NCBI GenBank assembly: GCA_965262915.1
Contig: OZ253564.1
Location: 1,408,001-1,472,000, forward strand
Direction of reading: 5' to 3'
DNA: 64,000 nt
Source: Candidatus Spongiisociaceae bacterium
GTDB lineage: Bacteria > Actinomycetota > Acidimicrobiia > Spongiisociales > Spongiisociaceae
A program made the position numbers and the translations under genes. Shown here piece by piece: positions 1 to 14,208 of this stretch; positions within the stretch are counted from its first letter, which is position 1, and every line of letters begins with the position of its first letter. Under the pieces are notes generated by a model. The model was not told the DNA's origin and ran no database searches. It saw only the letters and a list, made by a program, of their open reading frames with translations.

Positions 1-435
1 GAAGTGGCCGCCGTCGATGAGGTGATGGCCAACTGGGTGGCGATCAAGGCGGCCGGAAAGCCGCTCGGTTCCCTCATGGACGGGGTTCCCGGGTCGCTGC
101 CCGGACTCGAACGGGCGATCGAGCTGCAGCGGCGGGCTGCCCGGGTGGGCTTCGACTGGCCGGACGCCCGTTCGGTGGTGGCCGATGTGGAGGAGGAACT
201 GGAGGAACTGGTCGAGGTCCTCGACAGGCCGGAAGCCGTCCACGAACTTGGAGACCTCCTGTTCGCGGTGGCCAACCTGGCCCGCCATCTGGACATCGAG
301 CCCGAGATGGCGCTGCGCAGGGCGGTCGGGCGCTTCGAGAGCCGCTTCCGCCGCATGGAGGAACTCGACGATCTCGCATCTGTCGACCTCGACCGGCTGG
401 ACACCCTATGGGAGCAGGCCAAGAGCGAGGAGTGA
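1..435 (+). CDS. mazG: MazG nucleoside triphosphate pyrophosphohydrolase, C-terminal part (5' end probably outside window)
   Basis: LQRRAARVGFDW, EEELEEL, ELGDLLFAVANLARH, KF/RFxxRF-type motifs; usual position upstream of eno in Actinobacteria. Confidence 0.9.
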   Translation, partial: EVAAVDEVMANWVAIKAAGKPLGSLMDGVPGSLPGLERAIELQRRAARVGFDWPDARSVVADVEEELEELVEVLDRPEAVHELGDLLFAVANLARHLDIEPEMALRRAVGRFESRFRRMEELDDLASVDLDRLDTLWEQAKSEE

Positions 436-892
436 CCCTTCCGGTGGGCCAGGTAGCGGCCCGACCAGGATGCATGCAGAGAAGGCCACCTCCTCCGTCC
501 CCATCTCCTTCACGTCGCCCCGAGCGATCCACCGGTGCCCTATCGGGCTCCCTCCCCCGCCTCCACCGGTCCGGAGTCAGGTTGCGGATAGGCGCGCAGG
601 CCGGTCCGTGCCCCAAGGATTCGGTCGTCAGCTCGTACTCATTCCGGTTGGCATCAGGCAGGAATGCGGATGGCGTGCCGGGATGAGATTGGTTGGTTAT
701 GGCCGCGGTCCGGACCATTGGCTATGTTTGTGTCATGTGGCGTCTGGTTCAATATGCACTGATTCAGGCGTGGGTTCAACCCCCATCGTGCGGTAGGGCC
801 GGGCGAACCGGTCCATCGAACTTGCTCAACGCCGGGTATGCATCCATCGGGTGAAAGGGAGGTTGCCCGGAATCGGAGGCTTCCCGTGATAG

Positions 893-2193
<1,301 letters not shown>

Positions 2194-2194
<1 letters not shown>

Positions 2195-2589
2195 TGGCCA
2201 AGACCCGCAAGCGGCGGGGTCTCCTCATCCCGCTTCTCCTGGTGGTCGGGTTGGTGGTGGCGGCCGTGGATGTCTTCCCGGTTCGTCAGCTGATCGCCCT
2301 CAACGGCGAGGCGGAGGTGGTGAGAGCCCGGTTGACGGAGATCGAAGGGGAGAACGCCCGGCTGGAACGGGAGATCCAGGCTCTGTACTCCACGTCCGAG
2401 ATCGAGCGTATCGCCAGGGCCGATTTCGGCTACGTTCGCCCCGGCGAGACCAGCTACGTGGTCATCGTGGAGGAAGCGGAGTCCCTGGAGGAGGAGGCCG
2501 AGCCGGTACCGGAACCGCTTCCCGAGTCGGGCGGATTCTGGGAAGCTCTCTGGGACTACCTGACCGGCCGCGACATCATCGATGGATGA
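2194..2589 (+). CDS. ftsB: Septum formation initiator, FtsB/DivIC family
   Basis: N-terminal TM, coiled coil, IERIARADFGYVRPGE motif; coupled to eno. Confidence 0.88.
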
Positions 2590-3103
2590 CCGCGAGATCG
2601 TCGGAGTACAGATCGGACGCCCTTCACGAGCGGCGATCGAGACGCGGTCCCGCTGCCATCTCTCGCTCCCGGTCGTGGTCCAGGTGCCCCCGGTACTCGA
2701 GGACGGTACTCCCTTCCCCACCCTCTACTGGCTCACCTGCCCCCTGGCGGTCCGGCGCGTCAGCCGGCTCGAGAGCGGGGGCGGCGTCAAGTCGATGGAC
2801 CGACGGGCGGCCCGAGTTCCCGAGTTCAGGGCTGGGTTGGAGGCTGCCCACGCCCGCTACGCCGCCCAGCGAGAGAAGCTGCTGCCGCCGGACGCCGAAC
2901 TCCGCCCCCATGGCGGTGTGGCCGGGGCCGCCGCCGGAGTCAAGTGCCTCCACGCCCACTACGCTGACACCCGGGCCGGCAACCCCAACCCGGTCGGAGA
3001 ACTGGTAGCTCCCTGGGTGGAACCCCTTGACTGCGCGGCTCCGTGCGTGATCGATCGGGACGGCGGAGCCGTCAAGAACCCACAATGGACCGAGCCTCGC
3101 TAG
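2582..3103 (+). CDS. DUF501 family protein
   Basis: GTPFPTLYWLTCP and VKCLHAHYA motifs; conserved eno-ftsB-DUF501 order. Confidence 0.9.
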   Translation: MDDREIVGVQIGRPSRAAIETRSRCHLSLPVVVQVPPVLEDGTPFPTLYWLTCPLAVRRVSRLESGGGVKSMDRRAARVPEFRAGLEAAHARYAAQREKLLPPDAELRPHGGVAGAAAGVKCLHAHYADTRAGNPNPVGELVAPWVEPLDCAAPCVIDRDGGAVKNPQWTEPR

Positions 3104-3159
3104 CGCCGACCCCCGATTCATTGGCCCCCGGGCCGACCCGATGCGAGAATACGACCACT

Positions 3160-3244
3160 GCCCGGGTGACGGAATTGGTAGTCGTGGCGGACTTAAACTC
3201 CGCTGCCCCTAAGGGGCGTGTGGGTTCGAATCCCACCCCGGGTA
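3160..3244 (+). tRNA. tRNA-Leu (anticodon TAA, bldA-type)
   Basis: Cloverleaf: GCCCGGG/CCCGGGT acceptor, GCGGA-CTTAAAC-TCCGC anticodon arm, long variable arm, GTGGG-TTCGAAT-CCCAC T arm; no encoded CCA. Confidence 0.95.
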
Positions 3245-3408
3245 CTGGGTTCCCAGCGTTTCTGTTGGTTCTTACCTGTTTCAGAACTACTTAAAGGGCC
3301 TGGTCACAGCTATGTTCTGCAAGCTTCCGATCCGCCCGGTGACGGCTGGTCGTGCTGTGTCAAGTGTTCCTTGACTTTCCGCTCCGTTCCGGGTAGTTTC
3401 ATCGTACT

Positions 3409-3428
3409 GTGGGATATATAGTGGGATA
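3409..3428 (+). promoter_or_regulatory. Putative integrase arm-type binding repeats
   Basis: GTGGGATA direct repeat at 3409 and 3421 just upstream of the P4-type integrase. Confidence 0.5.
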
Positions 3429-3442
3429 CCAGGGAGAGGGAA

Positions 3443-4594
3443 TTGCCGAAGTTGACAGCCGCGTTCGTACGATCAGTCACCAAGGCGGGCAAGTACGGCG
3501 ACCAGCACGGCCTGATCCTCCGCGTCCAGCCGTCGGGTTCCAAGCAGTGGATATGGCGAGGAACGGTGGGAGGGAAGCGACGGGATTTGGGGTTGGGTGG
3601 CTACCCGTACGTGAGTTTGGCCGAAGCACGGGCTAAAGCGTTCGAGTACCGCAAGACGGCCCGGGGGGGCAACGACCCCGCCAGGCTACGCTCAGACGGA
3701 GTGCCGACTTTCTCGACCGCGGCCGAAGCTGTGATCGCCCTGTATGCGGGCAAGTGGAAGCCGGGCGGAAAATCCGAAGGGCAGTGGCGTTCCAGCTTGG
3801 CCACCTACGTTGTGCCGGTGATCGGCTCCAAGGGGGTGGATGAGATCACGACTGCGGATGTTATGGCCTGTTTGGCGCCGATCTGGACCACCAAAGCGGA
3901 GACAGCGAAACGGGTGCGTCAGCGGATCAGCGCGATCATGAAGTGGGCGATTGCTGAGGGTCACCGTTCCGACAACCCGGCAGGCGATGCGGTGGTAGCG
4001 GCGTTGCCGAAACAGAACGGCGGCGGGAAGAAGCATCATCGTGCGTTGCCGCACCGCCAGGTTGGCCACGCGTTGGTGAAGGTGCGGGAGTCTTCTGGGG
4101 TTTGTGCGACGGTTCGGTTGGCGTTCGAGTTTTTGGTGTTAACGGCGGCCCGGTCGGCGGAGGTGAGGGGTACGGTCTGGTCGGAGATAGATCTTGATAC
4201 CGGGACTTGGGTGATTCCTGGTGGGCGGATGAAGGCATCCCGCGAGCACAGGGTTCCTTTGTCGGGGAGGGCGGTTGGGGTGCTGGCCGATGCCCGCCGC
4301 TATTCGGATGGCAGCAGTTGGGTGTTCCCGGCGAAATCGGGTGGGGAGATCCCGTCGTGGGTTCTTACCAAACTGCCTATACGGCTTGGTCTGGGGGGCA
4401 CTTTGCATGGGATGAGAAGCTCGTTTCGGGATTGGTGTGGTGAGACAGGTGTTGCCCGTGAGGTGGCGGAGGCGTGTTTGGCGCATCGGGTGGGCTCAGC
4501 CGCGGAGCAGGCGTACGCTCGGAGTGATTTGTTGGAACGGCGCCGCCGACTCATGGAAGCCTGGGCCCAGTACGTCACCGGCGCCCGAACCTGA
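3443..4594 (+). CDS. P4-like tyrosine integrase with arm-DNA-binding domain
   Basis: GLILRVQPSGSKQW and LGLGGYPYVSLAEAR N-terminus; catalytic TAARSAE, MKA, HGMRSSF, LAH, AY. Confidence 0.95.
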   Translation: MPKLTAAFVRSVTKAGKYGDQHGLILRVQPSGSKQWIWRGTVGGKRRDLGLGGYPYVSLAEARAKAFEYRKTARGGNDPARLRSDGVPTFSTAAEAVIALYAGKWKPGGKSEGQWRSSLATYVVPVIGSKGVDEITTADVMACLAPIWTTKAETAKRVRQRISAIMKWAIAEGHRSDNPAGDAVVAALPKQNGGGKKHHRALPHRQVGHALVKVRESSGVCATVRLAFEFLVLTAARSAEVRGTVWSEIDLDTGTWVIPGGRMKASREHRVPLSGRAVGVLADARRYSDGSSWVFPAKSGGEIPSWVLTKLPIRLGLGGTLHGMRSSFRDWCGETGVAREVAEACLAHRVGSAAEQAYARSDLLERRRRLMEAWAQYVTGART

Positions 4595-5277
4595 CCGGAG
4601 TCTTCGACACCGCCGCTACTGGTGGGTGGCCGCGACTCTGTTGACCCACTTTCCCATGGGTGTGGGAGGTCTGGGAGGACGCTGGCCGGGCCGCATAACT
4701 CAACCCGCTCCAAGGGGATCATCAACGAACGGGGGAGACCATGTCGGGTTGGTGGTCGCAAAGGTATGTCCGCGAACCCTTCCAGCTTCGACCCCGGCCG
4801 GAACCTCCCCGGACACAAGACGTAGGCGGCCTCACTGCGTCGCTGGTATCGGACCTGGCCGGGCATAGCAGGGTCGAGACCACCCAGCTATGCAGCCTGC
4901 CAACCGCCGCTGACGAGGCCCGCGTGGTCATAGTCGTCCTCGATTGGCTGTGAGAACACCGGCAGGAAGCATCGGCCCGTTAGCGCACCGCAACGGACTC
5001 ACCCGGTGAGCGTCGCGCACCCGGTCGGTGGTCTCGCTGCCGGCCGCCCCCGCCGCCGTGGTGGTGGAGGAAGATGGAGCGTTGTCGGTTGTGGTCCCTC
5101 CGGCGACGTTGTAGCCGCTGTGTTGGTGGAGGGGGTGGTCGCCGGGGTGATGCGCAGTTCGCCCTGGGGCGTGTCGACAACGATGGACTCCGGCCTTTCG
5201 GGTGCCGGGTCGCCCGCCCCGCAGGTTGTGAGGGTACACGGCTAGGGCGAGGACGCTCAGCGGCCTCGGCCGGGTGG

Positions 5278-5526
5278 TTAGCTCTCGCAGGCCTCCGTCG
5301 GCGTGGCTGTGTGTGCGGCCCGTCCGGCGTGGAGGTGTTGGCGGACAGTGCGGGGTGTCACTCCCATGACTCGTGCCATGTGCTTGATGGGTATGCCGGC
5401 CTCGTCGGCCCGCACGACGGAGCGGCGGAACTCGGAGGTGGCTGCTTCCACGGCGTGGAGGCAGTCAGCCCGCTTCGACCAGAGTTGCAGCAGTTCTGTC
5501 AGAGCAAGGTTTCTCACTGGATCCAC
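5278..5526 (-). CDS. Small HTH DNA-binding protein
   Basis: EAGIPIKHMARVMGVTPRTVRQHL HTH; resembles 37059-37328. Confidence 0.6.
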   Translation of the reverse strand: MDPVRNLALTELLQLWSKRADCLHAVEAATSEFRRSVVRADEAGIPIKHMARVMGVTPRTVRQHLHAGRAAHTATPTEACES

Positions 5527-5633
5527 GGCAGTCTCCCCGATCCCCCGAGTACGTCCTGGTGGCGCACCACTATAGGACAGGGCCTCGCCGGGCCGTCAGC
5601 TACTACCTCGGGTGGGGGAACAGCGACGCCCTG

Positions 5634-6296
5634 TTATAGGGACAGCGCGAGGGCGGGGGCCTGGGGGTGGTGGTGGTCGGGGTCGAGCAGCGAAGCGGCT
5701 CCGAGCACCCGCTCTAGCGGCAGCCCGGTGAGGGACGCGGCTGCGGCGGCCAACTCCATCCGGGCGGCCGGGTCTGGTTCGGCGGAGATTATCTGGTGGG
5801 CGGCGGTGAGTTTGCGGCGGCGGGCCTCGAAGCTGCCCGACCCCCGGTAGCCTGCCAGCGTCGACACCAGGCGTGCCTCGGACAGCGGCATCGCTGATCG
5901 GGCGGCGGCCACAGCGGCCTCCCGAGTGAGGCTGGAGGTGTCGACCGCAGGGGTCTGAGCGACGTACAGATCGAGGTGGTGGTCACCGGGGTTGCTGTCG
6001 AGGAGTTGGCGGGTTGCCCCGTCGTCGGGGGTGAGAACCACAGCCCGGTCGCAGTACCTCGACAGGGTGGTCACCTGGTCGGCTGTCATGTGCGGGCCGC
6101 ACGGAGCTACCGTGTTAGCCAGCCCGACCCGGTGGTAGGCGACCACCGTCGGATACCCCGACACCACCACAGCGGTGGCTTGGCGGGCGATCAGCGAGCG
6201 GGCCTGGCCGAACCCGAACAACGCCCGGCCCCCGTGGCGGGGGTGCTCCACAAGATCGGTGGCGTCGCGGACCAGCGCCGCCGCCTCAGAACCCAT
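5634..6296 (-). CDS. Degenerate DnaG-like protein (Toprim-like plus C-terminal helical domain)
   Basis: LFGFGQAR, AVVVSGYPTV, NTVAPCG resemble DnaG Toprim; purine-rich RBS before ATG 6296. Confidence 0.6.
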   Translation of the reverse strand: MGSEAAALVRDATDLVEHPRHGGRALFGFGQARSLIARQATAVVVSGYPTVVAYHRVGLANTVAPCGPHMTADQVTTLSRYCDRAVVLTPDDGATRQLLDSNPGDHHLDLYVAQTPAVDTSSLTREAAVAAARSAMPLSEARLVSTLAGYRGSGSFEARRRKLTAAHQIISAEPDPAARMELAAAAASLTGLPLERVLGAASLLDPDHHHPQAPALALSL

Positions 6297-6364
6297 GCTG
6301 TCTTCCCTTCCGGTGCATGTGATGGCGATCATTGAAATTCCCCACCCTCTGGGGGTTGCTGAGT

Positions 6365-7147
6365 CTAGTGGTGGTCTCCTTTCGGTCGGTGTTTTCGGGC
6401 TTGTGCCTGGTAGGAGCGGAGCCGGTAGCTGTCTCCGGTGATGGTGAACACGACGCTTCTGTGTAGTAGCCGGTCGAGCATGGCTGCGGCGATGGTGCTG
6501 TCTGTGAAGATGTCTCCCCAGGCGGCGACGTTGCGGTTGGTGGTGAGGATGACCGATCCTTTCTGGTATCGCCGTGAGATGACTTGGAACAGGGCGGCGG
6601 CGTCTTGGGATGGCATGGGCAGGTAGCCGAGTTCGTCGATGATGAGCACGGCTGGGCCGGAGAAGAACCTCATGGTGGGGGCCCAGCGGCCTTCGAGGGC
6701 TGCTTTGCGGCATCGGGCTGCGAGGTCAGCTGCGGTGGTGTAGTAGACCCTGTGGCCGCTGTCGACCGCCGCGCGGCCCAGGATGACCGCCAGCATGGTT
6801 TTGCCGACCCCGGGAGGCCCGATGAACAGCACGTTGGTCGCGTCGGCGAGGTAGGCGCCTGCGACGAGTTCCCGCACGAGTTTGGGGTCGATGCTGGGCT
6901 GAGCGGTGAAGTCGAAGTCTTCGAGTTGCCAGGGGGTGGGGAAGTTAGCGAACCGCATCCGGCTGTTCCAGCGGCGGGCCTCGGTGGCTTCGACCTCGAC
7001 CCGCAGCAGTCCCTCGAGGAACTCGGTGTGACCGAGCTGTCTCTGGCGGGCTGCTTCGAGGTGAGCGGGTAGCGCCTCGGCTGTGGCTGCCAGTTTCAGG
7101 TAAGCGAGATGACCGCGGACCTGTTGGTAGATCGAGTCTTTGCTCAT
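6365..7147 (-). CDS. istB: IS21 helper ATPase IstB
   Basis: GPPGVGKT Walker A, LIIDELGY, ILTTN, AMLDRLLH, GDSYR. Confidence 0.97.
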   Translation of the reverse strand: MSKDSIYQQVRGHLAYLKLAATAEALPAHLEAARQRQLGHTEFLEGLLRVEVEATEARRWNSRMRFANFPTPWQLEDFDFTAQPSIDPKLVRELVAGAYLADATNVLFIGPPGVGKTMLAVILGRAAVDSGHRVYYTTAADLAARCRKAALEGRWAPTMRFFSGPAVLIIDELGYLPMPSQDAAALFQVISRRYQKGSVILTTNRNVAAWGDIFTDSTIAAAMLDRLLHRSVVFTITGDSYRLRSYQAQARKHRPKGDHH

Positions 7148-8455
7148 CGGCGCCTCCGGCCCTGGTTCTGGCGGTCGATATGACGCTGGTAGACCCCGAG
7201 ATCGATCACCGGCTCGCTGTGCACTGGAGTTCCTGCAATGTCGGCAGCGATCGCCCGAGCTGCTGGGGTGGGAGGCCGGTTCGGTTTGGGTTTGGGGGGA
7301 CGATCGGTCGTGAAGGAGGCCAACACGACCTTTTCGAGGGCTTCGGTGTGCTGTGGGAGTCGAACCACCCTGCCTTGGCCTCGGGGAACCTTCCGATGCG
7401 CAGCGACCAGCCGCCCCGAGGCGGAGACCACATCGAAGGTGGGGTCACCAAGACGCCAACGAACGCTAACTTGGGTTCCTATCACCCCCGGTGGCACCGA
7501 ATAACGGTTGCCCCACACCGACACCAGCCCGTTCGCCGCCACTTTTCGGATCAGGGTTCCCTCCGCTGGATACGGCACTGCGGGAAGTGGAAGCAACAGT
7601 TCAGTGTCTGCCAACTCCCCAACGGTGGCCTCAGCCCGCCGGCGGGCGTCGCCCACCGTTGCGCAGAAAACGTCGAGGCTGTCCTGCGCCTGGGCCACGC
7701 TATTGACGTCGGCGGTGCGCCACCAACGCTGGGACAAGTAATGGATAGCTTTCTCGACTACGCCTTTGCGGTTCGGACGCCTCGGTGGGCAGGCGTCGAT
7801 ACCCACCCCGTAGTGTTTCGCTACCCCCACAAACGAAGGCTGTATCCGATCTGTGCCCACAACCAGCACAGTGGCCATCCGATCGACCCGCCACCGCCGC
7901 GCAGTGCCCCCCAAGCGTCGAAGCACCGCGTCGATTCCCTCCACCAGGTGCGGCTGGTCCTGGCTAGCGCTGAGCCACGCCCGGAACCGACCCGAATGGG
8001 ACAGCACACCCACCAGCACAAACACTGTTGATCCCCACGGGGTGTCCCGCAGTTCCAACCAGCACCGACTGGCACTCCTCACCCGCCGGGTGGTCGATGA
8101 TCGCGACCGCCCGGCCCCGAGTTCCCGCACACGCCCCACACGATGGCCGCAACCGGCGGTCACGGATCTTGCGGACGAACGTCACATAGCTCTGCTCATA
8201 GCCCAGGGCAGTCGCTTCGTCGAAAAGCACGGTCGCCCAAAGGTGGGGGTCGTCGGCCAGACGCTGACGAACATAGACCTCGATTACCCCGAACGGGTCC
8301 GGCTCCGCTGCCGCCCGCTGCCCGGGAATCCGTTCTCCCGACAGGTGAGCCCGCACTGTTTTTCGGTCTCTTCCCAGGTGGCGGGCAATAGCCGAGATCG
8401 ACCATCCCCGTCGCCTCAACGCGTGTACTTCCACGAATTCCTCCTGTGCCAACAT
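7144..8455 (-). pseudogene. istA: IS21 transposase IstA, frameshifted
   Basis: HTH N-terminus (GWSISAIARHLGRDRKTVR) in one frame; DDE core (DRM, KGVVE) and C-terminus in another; shift near 8070. Confidence 0.88.
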
Positions 8456-8634
8456 CAGGGGCGGGACTCCTCTCCTCGCTGCCGGATCTCTCAATCAGCA
8501 GCTTGGAGAGGACCCCACTCAACGTCTGGTATTTGCCATCACAGGGTGGGGAATTTCATTGATCGAAACTGGGGAGTTTCAACGATCGTCAACACATGTG
8601 GGGGGGGGGTTTGTACTCCACCGGGGTGGACGTG

Positions 8635-9048
8635 ACAGCGCGACCACACAGCGCGGGTAGCCCCTAACAGCGCGACTAACAGCGCGACTGACAGCGCGTC
8701 TGTCTGTGACCTGGGGTTTCGGCGGGGGCTGCTTCCAGGGGGGTAAGCAGCCCCAAGCCCCGCCGGCGGTGGCCCTCGGGGTCCTGGTGCGGCCCGGTCC
8801 GGCTTCCTTACCCCAGAACCGCACGACCGCCCTGCTGGCGTGCCCCTCGACGGGCGTCTGTCACGCTTCGAGCGCGGAGCGGCCTGGTTGGGTTCTAGCG
8901 GGGTGCGGTCGGCTAAACAGCGCCGTGTCGGGGCGGCAGCGGGCGGTACCCCGCGGGTTGTCGGGGGGAGTCGTGTACCGCAGACAGCGCGTTTACCCGC
9001 CCAAAGGGCGCGACTGACAGCGCGTCTGTCTGTGACCTGGGGTTTCGG
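8635..9048 (+). repeat. Iteron-like ACAGCGCG repeats and 41-bp direct repeat
   Basis: ACAGCGCG at 8635, 8648, 8667, 8679, 8691, 8984, 9017; GCGCGACTGACAGCGCGTCTGTCTGTGACCTGGGGTTTCGG at 8682 and 9008. Confidence 0.8.
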
Positions 9049-9653
9049 TGGCGCAGCGGTGGGAACCGGCGGGGGTCGGCCTTGGGGTCCCGGCAGCCGC
9101 CCACCTTGGTGGGGTACTCGTGTACCTCCAGGGTCGTGCGTCTTCGGACACCACCCGCCGACCCCCGGCGTCCCCTCGGGTGGAGGGGCCGCGGGTGGGT
9201 CGGTGCGGCGTGGTCGGAGGGTGAGGTGCCCGTGTTCGGGAGCGGCGAGGCCGGGCGGTGCGGGGTTTCTCTGCTTGGGGGGCGGGGTGCTTTCGGTGTG
9301 GCTGCGTGACGGGTCTGGTATTGGTGGGCTGACCTGGGGGTTTGAACCGCACCGGGTTTTCCGGAGACTCGATTAGTTGGGAGATAATGGAGTCATGGGA
9401 AGACTGATGATGTATTCGCCGGAGGTGCGGGAGCGTGCTGTCCGGTTGGTGTTGGAGCATCGGGGGGAGCACCGCTCGGAGTGGGCGGCTATCTGTTCGA
9501 TAGCGGAGAAGTTCGGCTGTTCGTCTGAGACGCTACGCAAGTGGGTGCGGCGTGCTGAGACGGATCAGGGTCTGCGGCCTGGGTTGACGAGTCCAGAGCG
9601 GAGCGGCTCAGAGCCTTGGAGCGGGAGGTGCGGGAGCTGCGGCGGGCGAATGA

Positions 9654-11788
<2,135 letters not shown>

Positions 11789-12125
11789 CAATATTTGTCC
11801 ATTCGTTACACGAACCGGCTGGCGGAAGCCGGCATCGAGCCATCGGTCGGCTCGGTTGGGGATTCGTACGATAACGCCCTCGCGGAGTCCGTCATTGGTC
11901 TGTACAAGACAGAACTCATCCACAAACGCGCTCCGTGGAAGGACCTCGACCAGGTCGAGTACGCCACCCTCGAATACGTGGACTGGTTCAACCACCGGCG
12001 GCTTCTCGAACCCATCGGAGACATCCCACCAGCAGAGAAGGAGGCCAACTACCATCAACAACAGGAACGAGTCCAGCTAGCTGGACTCAAGTAAAACACT
12101 CTCCGGCAAACCCGGTACGGTTCAG

Positions 12126-12403
12126 GTAGAGCAGCGTTCCGGGCCTGGGAACCTCGGGCTGTTTCTCCCCACGTAACGGCCCCGCCCATCTGCTGGCGTA
12201 CTCTCGACCTCTGAAAGGGACTCGGGGGGCTCGACCGGCCGCCGACAGCGGTTACCCGCCCGATGGTCTCACCAGCGTTGGCGGTCCCGTTTGAGGGGGG
12301 AGTGGAGGCCGCAGTGGTCGGTCGGGTTGTAGATGGATAGGCGCGCCGTGCAGCTGTCGGTGGCGCAGTGGCGGCCGGGGGGATATGTGGGTGGTGGGCG
12401 GCC
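12126..12403 (+). repeat. ~280-bp non-coding repeat, copy 1 (inverted copy at 20160-20445)
   Basis: Collinear blocks such as GGTAGAGCAGCGTT, GGAACCTCGGGC, GGAGTGGAGGCCGCAGTGGTCGGTCGGGTTGTA, GGATATGTGGGTGGTGGGCG. Confidence 0.85.
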
Positions 12404-12451
12404 TTGTTGGGGGCGGGCACTGGTCATAGGGGGTTTCACGGTACGCGTTTG

Positions 12452-12697
12452 CTATCGCACCGGTTTTGGTGTTCGGTGGCGTCGTGATCTCTCGGCTACT
12501 GCCGTCACCGAGATGGCTACCAGCAGAGTCCCAAGGGTGAGCGGCGCAGTCATGGTGGCGGTCAGTGCCCAGGCCTCGGGTTGCACACCGGCGACTTCTA
12601 CGTTCAGGATCCGGGTAACGGCGACAAACAGGACTAGCAGTGCTAGGAAACCGCCGCCAATAACAGTTACCCGTCTAGTCCAACGGTAACTCGCCAT
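12452..12697 (-). CDS. Small two-TM membrane protein
   Basis: GAGGAGG RBS, two hydrophobic helices, 81 aa. Confidence 0.65.
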   Translation of the reverse strand: MASYRWTRRVTVIGGGFLALLVLFVAVTRILNVEVAGVQPEAWALTATMTAPLTLGTLLVAISVTAVAERSRRHRTPKPVR

Positions 12698-12826
12698 GAT
12701 ACCTCCTCAACAATCCCACAGTGGGATAGATAACCTAAGCGTACCGGGTATGGGCGCTTACCCGAGGGGAACCCAGACAATCGGACCGAGGGCTGCAAAC
12801 TTAGAACGGCCAAGCTGTATGGGTCG

Positions 12827-13054
12827 TGGCCGGGTTCTCCCAACCCCCAAATCGGCTTCCGGGCTTTTGGGTCGCGTTGGTTAACGGTTCGGGGGTCGGG
12901 TTCGGGGGTGTTTCCGCCCGAAACTGGCGGCTCGAAAATCATCAGAGGCTGAGGCCGGGTCTGGCCTGGCCCTTCCCCGCTGTCAGCAACGGAGGACCCT
13001 TCCGTGGGAGGGGCTTAGGGGGCAGTTAGGCAGGCTGGGCGTTTCAGGACAGCC
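12827..13054 (+). repeat. Hairpin repeat family unit (one of nine dispersed copies)
   Basis: GCAACGGAGGACCCTTCCGTGGGAGGGGCT at 12986; related copies at 14097, 14605, 18844, 52276 (+) and 20613, 21025, 21761, 60478 (-). Confidence 0.8.
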
Positions 13055-13175
13055 AGCGCGCGGGTAGGGAGGCTGTGGGGTGTGTGCCCGGGTGGGGAAA
13101 TCCACCAGTTGAGGAGGTTCCTCGGGTTTGATACCGAGTGCAAAAAACTCACCCCAACTGGTGGAGACATCATTA

Positions 13176-13324
13176 TGCGCGCGCTCGAACCCGAAGTAGT
13201 AAACGTGGTCTGGACAGCGGTCGAGGCTTTGATACCGTCCCGTGAGGACAACCATCCACTCCGATGCCATAACCCACGCATCCCGGACCGTCTCTGTTTG
13301 TGGGGATCCTGGTGCGGCTGGTGA
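13176..13324 (+). pseudogene. IS5-family transposase N-terminal remnant
   Basis: VWTAVEALIP...HPLRCHNPRIPDRLC resembles actinobacterial IS5 N-termini; truncated. Confidence 0.65.
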
Positions 13325-13603
13325 CCCGTCGGGCCTCCGTACCCCACCAACAAGAGAACCCGACCGACCCCACACACCCTCACCAGCCCCAACACGGCTC
13401 CCCCTCCTAAACCCCCACCACCTACACCCCCTCCGCCGCAAGCTCAGGAGGACGCCCAAGAAAAGAAGGGCGCAAACCAGGACGGCCAAGCCTCCCCGGC
13501 TCATGGCAGGGTTCTCCCAGCCCGCAAAACGGCTCCCAGCCCTTTGCCCTTTCCCCGCACCGGACGGTCCATCCGCCGCTTCGACCAGACGTTCCGGGCT
13601 CGG

Positions 13604-14011
13604 TTACGGCTTCTGCTGGCCCCTTAGTTTCGGGGTGGTGAAGGGATGCAGCAACAGATGCTCGTTGAGAGTCCCCATCTCGGCTGCTGTCGCCATGGCC
13701 TGGGCAAGGAGATCGAAGTCCTCGGCTTTGAACCCTCGGGCAACCAACTTGTCGAACTGGGTCAGCGCCTCCATGACCTCAGCGTCATCGGAGAACGCCA
13801 CGACCACCTCGTTCAGGGCAACCCAGAACTCTTCTGTATCAGGCGCTCCTTTAACAAGCGTGTGGCGAGCGCCGACTAGCTTGCGGAGCACATCCCGGCG
13901 CATACGCCGCCGCTCGGACTCGTCAGCCAACTTCTGCGTGCGCTGTATAGCCCAGCGGGTCACAGCGAACCCGGATACAGCCAACAAGAGCGCCGCCCCT
14001 AACTCCCACAT
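13604..14011 (-). CDS. Membrane-anchored hypothetical protein (DUF6680-like)
   Basis: N-terminal [20 protein letters not shown] pattern. Confidence 0.55.
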   Translation of the reverse strand: MWELGAALLLAVSGFAVTRWAIQRTQKLADESERRRMRRDVLRKLVGARHTLVKGAPDTEEFWVALNEVVVAFSDDAEVMEALTQFDKLVARGFKAEDFDLLAQAMATAAEMGTLNEHLLLHPFTTPKLRGQQKP

Positions 14012-14208
14012 CGCTCCACACCTTAGAACCGCGTGCGCCAACCTGTGTTGTGGTCCCCTCTCGGGCAAGCCCTCCCGCTCTTCGAATGAAAGACCAGCAA
14101 CGGACCACCCTTCCGCTGCGGGGCTCAGGCACGGTGGCTGTGGCACCGGTGGCAACTGGCGGGTTCCCTTTCGGTTCGGCCCGGTGTCGTCGGGTTGTTG
14201 GTGGCACG

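Larger units (their letters stand above)
6320..8594 (-). mobile_element. IS21-family insertion sequence
   Basis: Ends TGATGGCGATCATTGAAATTCCCCA / TGTTGACGATCGTTGAAACTCCCCA; CATG target duplication at 6316-6319 and 8595-8598; istA-istB. Confidence 0.95.

Noticed and set aside
4590-4866. Mini-IS downstream of the integrase
   Set aside because: Candidate inverted ends are too weak and no target duplication is visible.
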